Source: the human T2T-CHM13v2.0 reference genome, Homo sapiens. Taken from it: a DNA stretch of 64,000 nt. The stretch lies in the NCBI RefSeq assembly GCF_009914755.1, contig NC_060944.1. One strand, 5' to 3'. A program made the position numbers and the translations under genes. The stretch's first letter is position 1. Each line of letters starts with the position of its first letter. Positions 14,711 to 27,516 of the stretch are shown piece by piece. The notes below the pieces were generated by a model. That model saw nothing but the letters and a program-made list of their open reading frames with translations, ran no database searches and was not told the DNA's origin.

Positions 14711-15139
14711 GTTTGGAAGATGCTTCTTGGAACTTCTGGCCCAGCTGGTTTCCATCTGCCTTTAGCTGATTAAGAAGATGTGGCCAAGGGTTCCACTGCC
14801 ACCTCCCCCACCACTACTAATTTTTACTGATCAGATTACACATCTTATTTTTCACTCTATTTGTTCTAGACCTATCACTAACAGGGCAGGCAAGAGCCAG
14901 GGAAGTTGCTCTTAAAAAAAAATAAAAGACCTGGAAACCCAAACTCTCTATACTGTGGCTTTATTTTGTCATCCAAGCTTGGAAGGGCAGCTCTCATTTT
15001 GGCTTCCAGTGCCTGTCTCCATTGCCATTTCTCCCTCTTTCAGTCCTGGCAGGCTGAGAGCTTTATGGTCTCCTAACCTTGCCTTTGCAGCATCACTAGC
15101 CCTGGTAATAAGAACACCATCCATATACTAGCCCTTTGA

Positions 15140-15350
15140 CAATGAAGAAAGCTGTCCACATGTCTTACCTGATGTGGTCCTGGTCCAATCATTTAAGTAA
15201 TTTTTAAAAATTATTTTCTGTTTTGACAATAAGAAAACAGCCCTGGAGAGGCTGAATGACTTGCTTAAGATTCTGCATCTCATATGCAGTGCAACTAGGC
15301 TTCACCTCCAGTATTCTCACTCTAAATCCTGGTATCTGGCCTCTACCTGG
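15140..15350 (-). mobile_element. MIR
   Basis: ttttgacaataagaaaacag..gagaggctgaatgacttgcttaag. Confidence 0.65.
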
Positions 15351-15706
15351 TACTGTTTCTCAGTCCTGAGTCATTAAGGGTCTGGCTTCAGGCACTCCTC
15401 TGTCACATTTTTTCTTGGATAGATTATTAATACCCTGAGATGCCAGATACCATTCTGCAGAGAGAAGAAGAAAGCCACAGAAAGCCGTTCAGGCTGAGAA
15501 TGTTTAAAAATATATGGTGCTGACCACCAATACCAATGGCAGCAGAGGAGGATCTTTAGTAAAGGATTTTCAAAGATATAGAGTCTGTATCTCAGAGTTT
15601 AAAAAAGACCATTGCTATACAAGATGCTCCGATCAGCTCTGGTTCTCAGTACTTATAAAGCAGCGGAATCTCCTGCTTTATGAACTTTAGTTCTGGGCTT
15701 CAGCTC

Positions 15707-16110
15707 TGTATTAGTCTGTTCTCACACTGATGTAAAGAAGTAGCTGAGACTGGGTAATTTATAAGAAAAAGAAGTTTAATTTGCTCATGGTTCTGAAGGC
15801 TATACAGGCTTCTGCTTCTGAGAAAGCCTCAGGAAACTTACAATCATGGCAGAATGCAAAAGGGAAGCAGGCATGTCTTCACCTCGATGGCAGGAGAGAG
15901 AGAGAGAGAGAGAGAAAGAGGAGGTGCTACACACTTTCAAACAACCAGATCTCGTGAGAACTCTATCATGAGATGGCACAAGGAGGATAGTGCTAAACCA
16001 CTAGAAACCACCTCCTTGATCCAATCACCTCCCACCAGGCTCCACTTCCAACATTGGGAATTAAAATTCAGCATGAGATTTGGGTGGGGACACAGAGCCA
16101 CAACATATCA
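15707..16110 (-). mobile_element. MSTA-type MaLR solo LTR
   Basis: tgtattagtctgttctcac...gagactgggtaatttataag...gagatttgggtggggacacagagccacaacatatca; TG...CA termini. Confidence 0.92.
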
Positions 16111-16331
16111 GGGTCTGGTCTGGTCAGGGGTAGGTTGCAGGAGACTAGGGACCAAAATGATCTTACCAAAGGGTGAAAAGGTAAACACAGAAGTTAAACA
16201 GCAACACTGAAAACTCGTAGTCCATGAAATCCAAGGGGCCAGGAGGGAAGGCTGAAGGTTATTAAGATTAAGAAGATCAAAGCGGAAGACAAAGTTGGGA
16301 TATGGAGCCAGCAGTAGATGTGTTCTAGTAA

Positions 16332-16349
16332 ACACACACACATATGCAC

Positions 16350-16389
<40 letters not shown>
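16332..16389. repeat. (CA)n microsatellite
   Basis: Direct reading. Confidence 0.95.
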
Positions 16390-16391
<2 letters not shown>

Positions 16392-17047
16392 TATAAATGA
16401 TGGAAAAAGAGGCAGTGGTTTATAACCATGCCCCACCAGAAATTCTACCTGGCCCTAAATTAGTGTGTTTAACTATGCGCATTAAAAATAACCAACCAAA
16501 CAAGCAAACAAAAACCAGTCAACCCAGGCCTGCTGATATATCTGCTTATCTCCTTGGCAAGGGCCAACCACAGAACTAAGATGATTTAAGTAGATCTGTA
16601 AGGTTTCTCTTCCCCTGTTTTCTGAGTAGAGAAATTCACTGGAAATGGGATTCTTTGCTCCACTAAGAAGTCCCTGGCTCCTGCCACTATCCCTTTCCTG
16701 CATAATTGTCTTAAATCCTCTGGTAAAGGACATTTTAGCCACCTTCTTCCAGAAGCTACTTTTAAAAATATTTGAAGTAGAGATTTGAAGAAAAGTGGAA
16801 TAAGTAGCCAGAAGCCAAAGATACTTAAGAAACCAAGCAGAGGCTCTTTCCTGCTAAGAAGAAAAGTTGGGGGATGGTAAGACAAACAGAGAAGCTGGGT
16901 AGTTGCTTAACGAGATATAGAGCTTTTAGGCTTGATTAGGGTCTTAACACCTTCCTCATAGGGAAGCACTCACTCTGAATCTAATGACATTGTATTCCTA
17001 TGACACATCAATAAAATGCCTACAGGAGAAGCATCTTTGTACAAACT

Positions 17048-17165
17048 TGTGCCATATACTTTTTAAAAATTTTTACTAATAAATATGTGTCATATATTTT
17101 ACTAATATGTGCCACATACTTTACTAATATGTGCCATATACTTTTTTATTCCTACTAATAAATAT
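17048..17165. repeat. Degenerate ~22 bp minisatellite (actaatatgtgccatatacttt), about 4 copies
   Basis: Direct reading. Confidence 0.8.
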
Positions 17166-18089
17166 GCATATATAAACATGATATAGATATATGTGATCTA
17201 TATATGTATAAATATATACTGTGTGTGTACAAGTATACAAATTGTGTATGTGTATCTTGTTTAAAGTTCCCCAGTTTTTTCAATTAAATACTCACGAATT
17301 TTAAAGAGATCAAGAAGTCTTCTGGCACTTAGAATTGCATTCTACTCAATGATATATTGTAGGTGGAACTACATACACATTGTTACATTGTTACAGGAAA
17401 ATGCCAGTTAAGATGTTGTTTAGGAAGCAATACCAAGGGTTCACAGGTTTATATTAGAAATTAGTGTCTTTAGCTCCTTTCTGTTGGGATTTAATTTTAT
17501 GTATAAAATGCCATTATGTCCAAATATTTTATAATGATGAGAAAACCAGTTCACTTTGGATTATCTTCATTTTTTAGTGTGATTAAAAAAAAATCTGGCT
17601 GCGATTCTTGTGCATTAGTTAAGAATGTGATGGTGTGCAGTCTTTTAAGTCTTGTCAGCAAACGTGTATTTCCAAGGTCAGCTCTACCAAAGAGAATAGT
17701 ATTTCTTTTGCAACCCTGATCTTACTTGGGGATGAAAACAATTATTGCCTAAGTTAGAAATGTAAACACATTAATGCAAAAGAAAAATCAACAAAAACTT
17801 ATAGTATTAAAATGCACATCATTTTATGTGTGTATGTAAATGTATACAAATTTTACTGATGTTTTTGCATAAAAAGATAATCAAGGCTCCATCACTACCA
17901 AATTTTTAGACATTTAGAAAGGAACTAGACAGTATTTTGTGGTTTTCCTGTCTATGAGATAAGTTTTGCCAGTAAATCAAACAATAGTGCAATAGACATG
18001 TTGCATATATTTTGTTAGTTTAATACCTCTTTATCAGCACTTCATTTAGGGACACTCTGCTAATTTTACATACTGTATGTCTTAATTAA

Positions 18090-18290
18090 ATAATGCTGAT
18101 AATTGGAACGAGTACAATGTATTGAGAACTTATTTGCCTGCCAAGCCCTAATCAAAGTGTTTGATGTTTTTGTTATTGGTCATTTCATCTTCGCCATCTT
18201 TGGAGGTAGATCATTTTATCACCCTCATTTTACAGATAAAAAGATTCAAGACTTGCTCTGCCTCCTCCAAGCTTGCCATGCATATAGTGA
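18090..18290 (-). mobile_element. MIR
   Basis: tatcaccctcattttacagataa and upstream reverse MIR tail. Confidence 0.6.
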
Positions 18291-19929
18291 TAAACAATTT
18301 AAGGTTATATCAACTTCTTTAAAAGTACTACCCCTTCACAGTAGGTTGGCATTTTTACTCCAAATTATGCAAGGTGTTATGGCATTTTACATTATAATAG
18401 CACAGAAGGTAAATAAAACTATTAAATTATTTATCTTCATTCATTACAGATACTGCAAGAGAAGGTCACCTGCTAATTCTCTTTCAACCAGCCTGAAGTA
18501 GTGACTACCATTAAAAATAAAAACTATTTAAAAATTTGTCCCAAATATCCGCTTAAAAATTGCTTTCTGATCAGTTGATTTAAATAACGTTATTTGGCAA
18601 TTGAAAGGCTTGTTTTGCAAACTGTTAGAGGAAGAATCTCTCCTACGAATGGTTTTATTCTGTAGTAAATGTCTCCTCCAGATACATGGATTTTTAAGCC
18701 AGTGTAAGGTGTTTAAGACATGGTCGATTCTAGATATGTGTTCGCATTTTGATTACAAGCAAATGTTCCAGACCCATTTCTATATTTCTCGGACTTACTT
18801 GGAAAGGCACCAACTAAAGCAGCTGGGAGCTGCTGGAGACCATTTTAAATGGTTAGTTTTCAGGAGATTAGCAGGGAGCACTGCCTTTTGTACTCAACAC
18901 TGAGTTTGAGGTTTTTAAAAGTGCACAAGCTTTATACTTTACCCCCAATTCTATTTTACAGTGTTTTAAAAAACTTTTTTTGTTGAGTCACCTTATTCTT
19001 TTTCTCGCTCATCACAAGACAACCCTACTTTTAACAAGAAACAACAAAAAGAACAGAAAAGAATAAAAACTCACAGTGAAAGCCATCAACGGGTTTTCTT
19101 TTTCTGAGCACCACTTTTGGAGGCATTATCCTTTATAACAGGCCCTAAGTGAAAAGGAGGAAAAAGAAACTTTACATGATTAGGAAAGGCTGGGAATGAA
19201 AGATACTGAAAGGTGTAATGGGAAATGAAAATATAGTGATAGAAAAGGAAAAGTAATTCTCTGTTGGCGACAATGTTATGTTCCATGACCTGCTCACACT
19301 ATTTTCTTGTGGACAGCTTCCTCAAATCCCATTCTGTTGATAAAAGCATATTAATATGATCAACCATGAACCAGCACCAACTGAGAATACCACTTCTCTA
19401 GGTTGGTTGTAACTGTTTCTTTCTGACTTAAATACTAAATATATCCTCTGAAATAATTACAGTTGTTTGTTACATCCCTTTAGTTTTAGAGAAAAATTAA
19501 AACTCTCATTTCTTCCTTAAGGAGGCTAGGGCTAATAACTGGAGTTGTATTTCTTTTTCATTGTAAGCCCAATCAATTTGATTTCTTTTTCTCCTAAATG
19601 AAAACATAGGCTAAGGCCAGCAAAAAGCCATAATTGGGTGACTAATTAAATAGTCAGGCATCTACAGCCTGGTAGAGTTCAGGGCTTCCTAGTTGAAGGA
19701 AATAAAACCATAAACTGCTATCTGTGACAGTGTATATGAAAGAGGTGAAGGATAGAGCTGTTGTGTTCACTGGTGGATGGAACTATGTATTCATATAACT
19801 GCAAGATTTATGGAGATAACATGATTGGGAAAATATAAAACATTAAATAGATTATGCCAGAAGTCTTGCCTCCAAATGTCTAAATCCTTCAAATGTGTCA
19901 TTGCCACTACCTGTGGATCAAAGAACAAA

Positions 19930-20270
19930 ACAGGGATGTGAGCGTGCAGCCCTAATCTAGACACCTGAGACATGAGGAGTGCCTGCCAGGAAGAATTTAG
20001 AAGGAGCAGGCCAGGAGCTAGGAGGAGAAAGAAGAAAGGGTGACGTGGATTGTCAAATGGGGCCTGAGAATTGACCCTTGCATTGGGTGAATGGAGGACC
20101 TTGGGAACAGCTACTTTGGTGGAATTGTAGGGAGGGAGCCTGATTCGAGTGTGTTCAAGAGTGACTGGAAGCAACAAGGACAGGCAACTCTTTCAAGGAG
20201 ATCTGCTGTAAAGGTAGAGAGTGAACAGAAGCAATAGCTGGCATGGAAAATGGGATCAGCAAGAGTGGTT
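19930..20270 (-). mobile_element. L2 ORF2 fragment
   Basis: Minus translation NSTKVAVPKV resembles the L2 RT motif HSTETALxKV. Confidence 0.7.
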
Positions 20271-20372
20271 GGACACAGAAAGGCTGACAACTAGTAGTGG
20301 AAGGTTTTTGATATTGTGGTCCTGAAATGTCCTCATAGCATGTTAATGTCCATGTTTTTTATTGTGTTTTCT

Positions 20373-20703
<331 letters not shown>

Positions 20704-21984
20704 TAAAAATATAGCTTAATTTCTACCAAAAACATTGGCTCCCAACTGTATATTAATTATGATTATGAGTTTTAAGTGACAATTGCATTTTTACATAGAG
20801 GTAATGCCGAGGACATGAAGTTATTTTGGATTTCAGGAATAGGTAGTATTTGTTCCAAGCCCTGTGGCCATGAAAAGCCATCTTTGTTCAATCCTCACCA
20901 AGGCAATGTAGGGTGGATAAGCAGTGTAGGGTGGATCACCAAGGCTAGGTGTGGATCAGCAAGCCTTCCTCCTTAAAACCGACTCTCAGTCTTGAACGCC
21001 CAGAGGGAAGAGGTAGGAAGTACTGTTTTTCAGCTGTGATTTCAGAAGTCCACGGATATTTCAAAATCAGCAGTCTCCATCTTAGATCCATGACTTACGG
21101 GGGAAGTTATACCCCCTAACGATATTGCAGAATAGTAGTAAATCTAATGAGAGAATATATGAGAAGAACTAAAGTCTGTCCTTCGATTTTCCTTGTGACC
21201 TTGGATAAGATTGTTGGTTATCATCTGTCAGCTCAGTGGCCCTTCTTTGGATGTTAAGATGGTGGTATTAACCACCAGAAATGTTTTCAAAAGGCACTCT
21301 GCACATTAAAGGTTCTAATTATCCTTCTTCAAGCTAGTGTCAGTGCTGATTATTAAACAGTTTTCTAATCCTAACTGGCCTGATTTTTTTTCAATGCAGT
21401 CCTTCAAATTATCCTTTTGCAATGATAAATCTTTCCTAAAGCATTTAATTCTGCACACAGAGAAATACCACTGCTTACTCACGAATGCTACTGAACAAAA
21501 GCTATATTTATTTCTTGTTCAGGTTGTAAATATTAGAAATTTATGGATGATGATTTCTTAAGAAATAAGCACTATAGGCTCTGCAATGACTGGCAGTTCT
21601 GTTAAAAGGGATTTTGAACAAGCTTTGAGGCAGAGACTCCTGCAGAAGAATTTATGCACTTTGCCGACTCTAAGAAGGTACTGCAGCAAACTAACAGAAA
21701 TTTACTTGTTTTCAGCATGCTGTCATAGTTGTGAGTGAACTCCAGAGTTTTCTTTACTGTCTAAGCAGTCTTTGAAGTCATCTATTTGGTGATTAGCTGT
21801 GATATGCCTTCCTAATTAGGGAAAAGCTATTCAATCATCTCCTCACAGATTCCTCCAAAAGCTTGTTTTGAATCTCAGAAATGACCAATTTTAACTAAGC
21901 TTCAATGAAATGACCCACTTAATAAATTTAAATACAATCACCAAAAATAAATGTTGGTTTGCTTGGCATCATGTCTTTCCATCT

Positions 21985-22760
21985 TTTTACTTTCTTTTAT
22001 TTTTAAATTTATTTATATTTTTTATTGACACATAATAATTGTACATATTTACGGGGTACAGTGTGATGTTTTGATACAGGTATGCATTGTGTAATGATCA
22101 AATCAGGGTAATTAGCATATCCATCACCTCAAACATTTATCATTTCTTTGTGATAGGAACATTCAAAATTCTCTCTTCTAGCTATTTTCACATATGCAAT
22201 ATCTTTTTAATTACTACAGTCACTCTACTGTACAATAGGACATCACTACTTACTCTTTTTTTCTAATTGTAACTTTGTACCCATTGACCATCCTCTCTTT
22301 ATCTCCCAATGTCCCCTACCCTCCCCAGTCTTTGGTAATCACTATTCTAGTCACTACTTTGATAAGATCAGTTTTTTAGCTCCTACATATGAATGAGAAA
22401 ATGTTGTATCTGCTTTCTGTGTCTGCTTATTTCACTTAATGTAATATCCTCAAGCCTCATCCACATTGTCAAAAATGACAGAATTTTATTATTTTTTATA
22501 GCCAAATAGTATTCTATTGCATATATTTACCACATTTTCTTTATTCATTCATCTGTTGTTGGACACTTAGGTTAATTCCATATCTTGACTATTGTGAATA
22601 GTGCTGCAATAAACATGAGCAGGCAGACATCTCTTTGACACACTGATTTCATTCCCTTTGTATGTATACCCAGTGATGGGATTGCTGGATCTTACAGTAG
22701 TTCTACTTTTAATTTTTTGAGGAACCTCCATACTATTTCCCATAATGGCTATATACTCAA
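21985..22760 (-). mobile_element. L1MA 3' fragment
   Basis: L1MA 3'UTR (aatgatcaaatcagggtaattagcatatccatcacctc) and ORF2 end. Confidence 0.88.
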
Positions 22761-24019
22761 ATTTCATTTTTAAAAATTTTACATATCACCTAGTTATTTC
22801 TCTATCCTTCTGCCTTCTCTGCACTAATCACAAATTGCCCTAACCCAGGGTTTCAATTGATAGAACCAACCGCTGCATCTTTACACGCAACACATTGGCT
22901 GATTAAAAATCAATGCCTCGTTAGAGATGCAATTTGTGTTTTGATTAGTGTTTCGGTTATGGGTTTCCTGTCCTAGAATGTCTGCCTTAATCAACTATTT
23001 TTGCTTTGAATCACCCTGGACTATTGGCAGTGAGAGGTACATCTGCATGAGTCTCCACTGAGAGGCTTTTCTTCCTATTTATGATACCTCTTTGTTCACC
23101 AAAGGGACAAAAATTCTGGCAGGTCTTAATTAATGCCTGATGTAAAGGGATGATTAAGACATATAAAGCCATGGCTTCTGTTTTAGCTTTTCTAAAATGA
23201 AAATATAGTTGAGAGAAGTGCTTTTTTCAGTAGGGTGTAGCAATCAAAATCAGCCTGGTTCATTGCATAGTTGTTTGATTTCCTGGACCCATTATGTTGG
23301 GGTTCTGTGTTTTCTTTGTTAGTGCTGTCTCTCCACTGAACTTTGGTCAGATATTGGGGGGTTAATTAATGCATTTCCAAAATCCAGAAAATATTTTTAA
23401 AACCTCAAATCCATCTTCATGAAAACTTTTGGCTAATCTATGTTAAGTAAGTCTCATAACCTACACATGGGTGGGCAGATTACTCTGTAGAAAGTACCTT
23501 CATGGCATGCCATGAGCATATCACTGTCCTTAAAAGCACATTCATGGTGCTGGCTTGTAGACGTGCTTCCAGGGACATTGCATTGCAATGGTCTACATAT
23601 CTTGTAACCCATGAGCATATGCAAGAAAGTTTTTCCTCAGAAGCAATTGGCTTGTTACTCACAGACTTCACAGAATCGTCTTGCAAATGTTGTAGGTTTG
23701 CCAAAATCTTCTGTTAAGTGATCATTTTGCTAAAAGATTAATTTCCCAAATTTCTGTGCACTTTTAAAGCTATAGTTTCATCCTTGACCCTTTCTTGATC
23801 TCTGTTGTTTTTGAAGAAGTGTATTTTTTAGTACAAAAAATATATATCATTGTAGACAACTCATAAAATACTAAAAACAATACCAACGTGTCCACAATAT
23901 AAAGATAACTACTGTTAACATTTTGATTGATTTATTTTAGAATTTTTTCCTAAGTTAATGTAAATAATCATTTTTAATTTATTTTTATCACAAATGAGAA
24001 TGATTTTATAACACATGTT

Positions 24020-25400
24020 TTAGGGAAATTTTCTTTTATCTGATTTATACCCTCACAGTATGTGTATGATTTGTGTATTTTGGGTGCATCACACAAACCC
24101 TATACATAAAAGAGTGCATAGAATGTATCTGAATAGTTTACAGAATAATTATCAAATAAATATTCCTGATAACCATCATCCTTGCCAACAATAATTAGCA
24201 AAACAGAAGCCCCTGATTGCGTCACATTTTTCTTCTCTAAAAATAACTACTGTCCTGACTTTTATATTCTACTAGGTGTCCCTAAAAATACAGCATGTTT
24301 TTATTGTTTTTGAATCTTATATAAATGAAATCATATTATATGTATTCTTTACCAAATTTCTCCTGTTGCTTAAAACTACATTTGTGAAATGTATTCAGGT
24401 TGTTGCATGCAACTTTAATTAATTTGTCTTTAATACTCTATGGTATTCCATTGAATGAATTTGCCATAATTTATATATTCAACTTTCTCTTAATAGTCAT
24501 TAAGGATAATTTCAGTTTAGGGCTCTTAACTGGTAATGGGGCTATGAATGGTTTGGGACATGTCTGTTAGAGAATATGTGCAAAGTTTTACTAATGTAGA
24601 TGCTTATGAGTGGAATTCCCAGGGCATAGACATCTTCAGTTTTGCTAGACAACGCCCAGCTGTTTCCCAAGGAGGTTGTACCAAATTGACACTTAGAAAT
24701 AGCAGTTTCACATCCTCACCGACATTTTGCTATTATCAGATTTTTAAAAATATTTTGAGAATCTAAGGTATGTATAATTTTATTAGAAAATAGATTAACT
24801 TGGCATTCTCAAATTACTACTGAGTTTGAGCATATTTCTAGATAGCACTATATTAATCACTTGGATTTCCTTTTTGTGAAGTATCTCTTCAGGTCTTTGA
24901 TCCATTTTCCCCCTTGTTGACTGTATTTTTCATATTTATTTGTAGTAGCTATTTATTTATTCTGAATACTAGTACTTTGCCAGGTATATGTGTTATAAAT
25001 ATATTTTCCATTTCAGTGGCTTATCTTTTTTTTATTTTACTCTTTGCATGATATCTTTGATAAAGTGAATTTTATAATTTTAATAAAATTGACATAATCC
25101 ATCTTTCTCTTATTCTGTACTCTTAATATTCTATTTCAAGAGAATTTCATAACTCTGAAGTCATGAGGCTATCATTTTGTATTATTTCTCTAAAAGCTTT
25201 GCAGTTTTGCCTTTCACTTTTACATCTTTAATCGACCTACTATTGTCAAGGATGAACTAGAGATATGATTTTATTTCTTTTCTATATTAATATCCAGTTG
25301 TCCCATTGATACTTACTAATAAGTTCATTCTTTCCTTTGTTATGTGTCAAATGTCTATTTACCTGCAAACGCTCTGTTTCAGTCCTTACATCAACATCTC
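24020..25400 (-). mobile_element. Ancient L1ME-type fragment
   Basis: Degraded L1 3'UTR/ORF2 antisense. Confidence 0.65.
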
Positions 25401-27152
25401 TTGCCCCTGAGTTTTACATGTTAATACATAGATGTTCTTTTAAATGCAGTTTACCATCATCTTAAAAAAGAAAAAACTTTATTTTTAGAGCATTTTTAGG
25501 CTCACAGCAAAGGTGAGAGGAAGGCACAGAGATTTCTTGTGTACCCACCACCCCCACACAAACATAGCCTCGCCCATTTGCAACATCTTTCGTAACACTG
25601 ATACATTTGTTACAATCCATGAACCTACATTTACACATCATTATTACCCAAAATACATAGCTTACATTAGGGATTTCTCTTGGTGCTGTACAGTCTATGG
25701 GTTTGGACAAATGTCTAATGATATGTACCACCACTATAGTATCTTACAGAGTATTTTCACCGTGGTAACAATTCTCTGTGCTCTGCCTATTCACCTCTCC
25801 CGCTCCCAACCCACTGACGATCGCTGATCTTTATACTGTCCCCACAGTTTTGCCTTTCTAAGAATGTCATATAGTTGGAATCATACAGTAAGTAGCCTTT
25901 TTCAGATTGACTTCTTTCACTTAGTAATATGCATTTAAGGTTCCTCTGTGTCTTCTCGTGGCTTGGTAGCTCATTTCCTTTTATAGCTGGATAATATTTC
26001 TTTGTTTGCATGTACCACAGTTTATTTATCTATTCCCCTACTAAAGGACATCTTGGTTGCTTCCAAGTTTTGGCAGTTATGAATAAAACTGCTATAAACC
26101 TCTTTGTGGTGGTTTTTGGAGGACATAGGTTTTCAGCCCTTTGGGATAAATACTAGGGAGAGTAACTGCTGGATTACACAGTAAGAGTATATTTAGTTTT
26201 GTAAGAAACTGCCCAACTGTCTTTCAAGGTACTGTACCAGTTTGCATTCTCACCAGCAATGAATGAGACTTTCTGTTGCTCCACATCCTTACCAGCATTT
26301 GGCAGTTGTTTTGGATTTTGGCCTTCCTAATAGGTGTGTAATGGTATTTCAGGATTTTATTTCATATTTACCTGATGCCACATGATGTAGTACATTTTTC
26401 TCATATGTCTATTTGCCATTCTTTGTTGGTGAGGTATCAAGATTTTTGGTCCATTTTTTAATTGAATGGCTAATTTTATTATTATTGAGTTTCAAGAGTT
26501 CTGTGTATATTTTGGATAATAGTCCTTTATCAGATGTGTCTTTTGCAAATATATTCTCCCAGTCTGCATCTTATCTTTTCATTTTCTTGACATTATCTTT
26601 TCAAAGCAGAAGTTTTGAGTTTTATGAAGTTTAGCTTATCAATTACTTATTTCATGGATTATGCCTTTGGTGTTGTATCTGATGAGTCATTGTCATACCC
26701 AAGGTCATCTATGTTTTCTTGTATGCTATTCTCTAAGAGTCTTATAGTTTCACATTTTACATTTATGTCTTTGATCCATTTGGAGTAAATTTTTGGGGAA
26801 GGTGTAAGGTCTTTGTCTAAATTCATTTTTTTTTGTTTTTTTTGTTTTGCATGTGAATGTCCAGTTGCTCCAGAACCATTTGCTTAAAAGACTATCTTTG
26901 TTCTATTGTATTTCCTTTGCTCCTTTGTCAAAGATCAGTTGATTATATTTATGTGCATCTATTTCTGGCCTGTCTATTCTCTTCCATTGATCTATTTGTA
27001 TATTTTTTCACCAATAACATACTGTCTTGATTACTGTAGATTTACAATAGGTCTTGAAGTTGAGTAGTGTCTGTCTTCCAGCTTTGTTCTTGTCCTTTAA
27101 TATTGTGTTAGCTGTTCTGGGTCTTCTGCATCTCCATATAAACTATAGAACT

Positions 27153-27516
<364 letters not shown>

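Noticed and set aside
17048-17165. Short repeats with variable spacers, superficially CRISPR-like
   Set aside because: Primate DNA, degenerate AT-rich tandem units, no unique spacers and no cas genes.
23480-23717. Antiparallel 71-74 aa ORFs in unique DNA
   Set aside because: Lengths expected by chance; no convincing splice sites or known motif.
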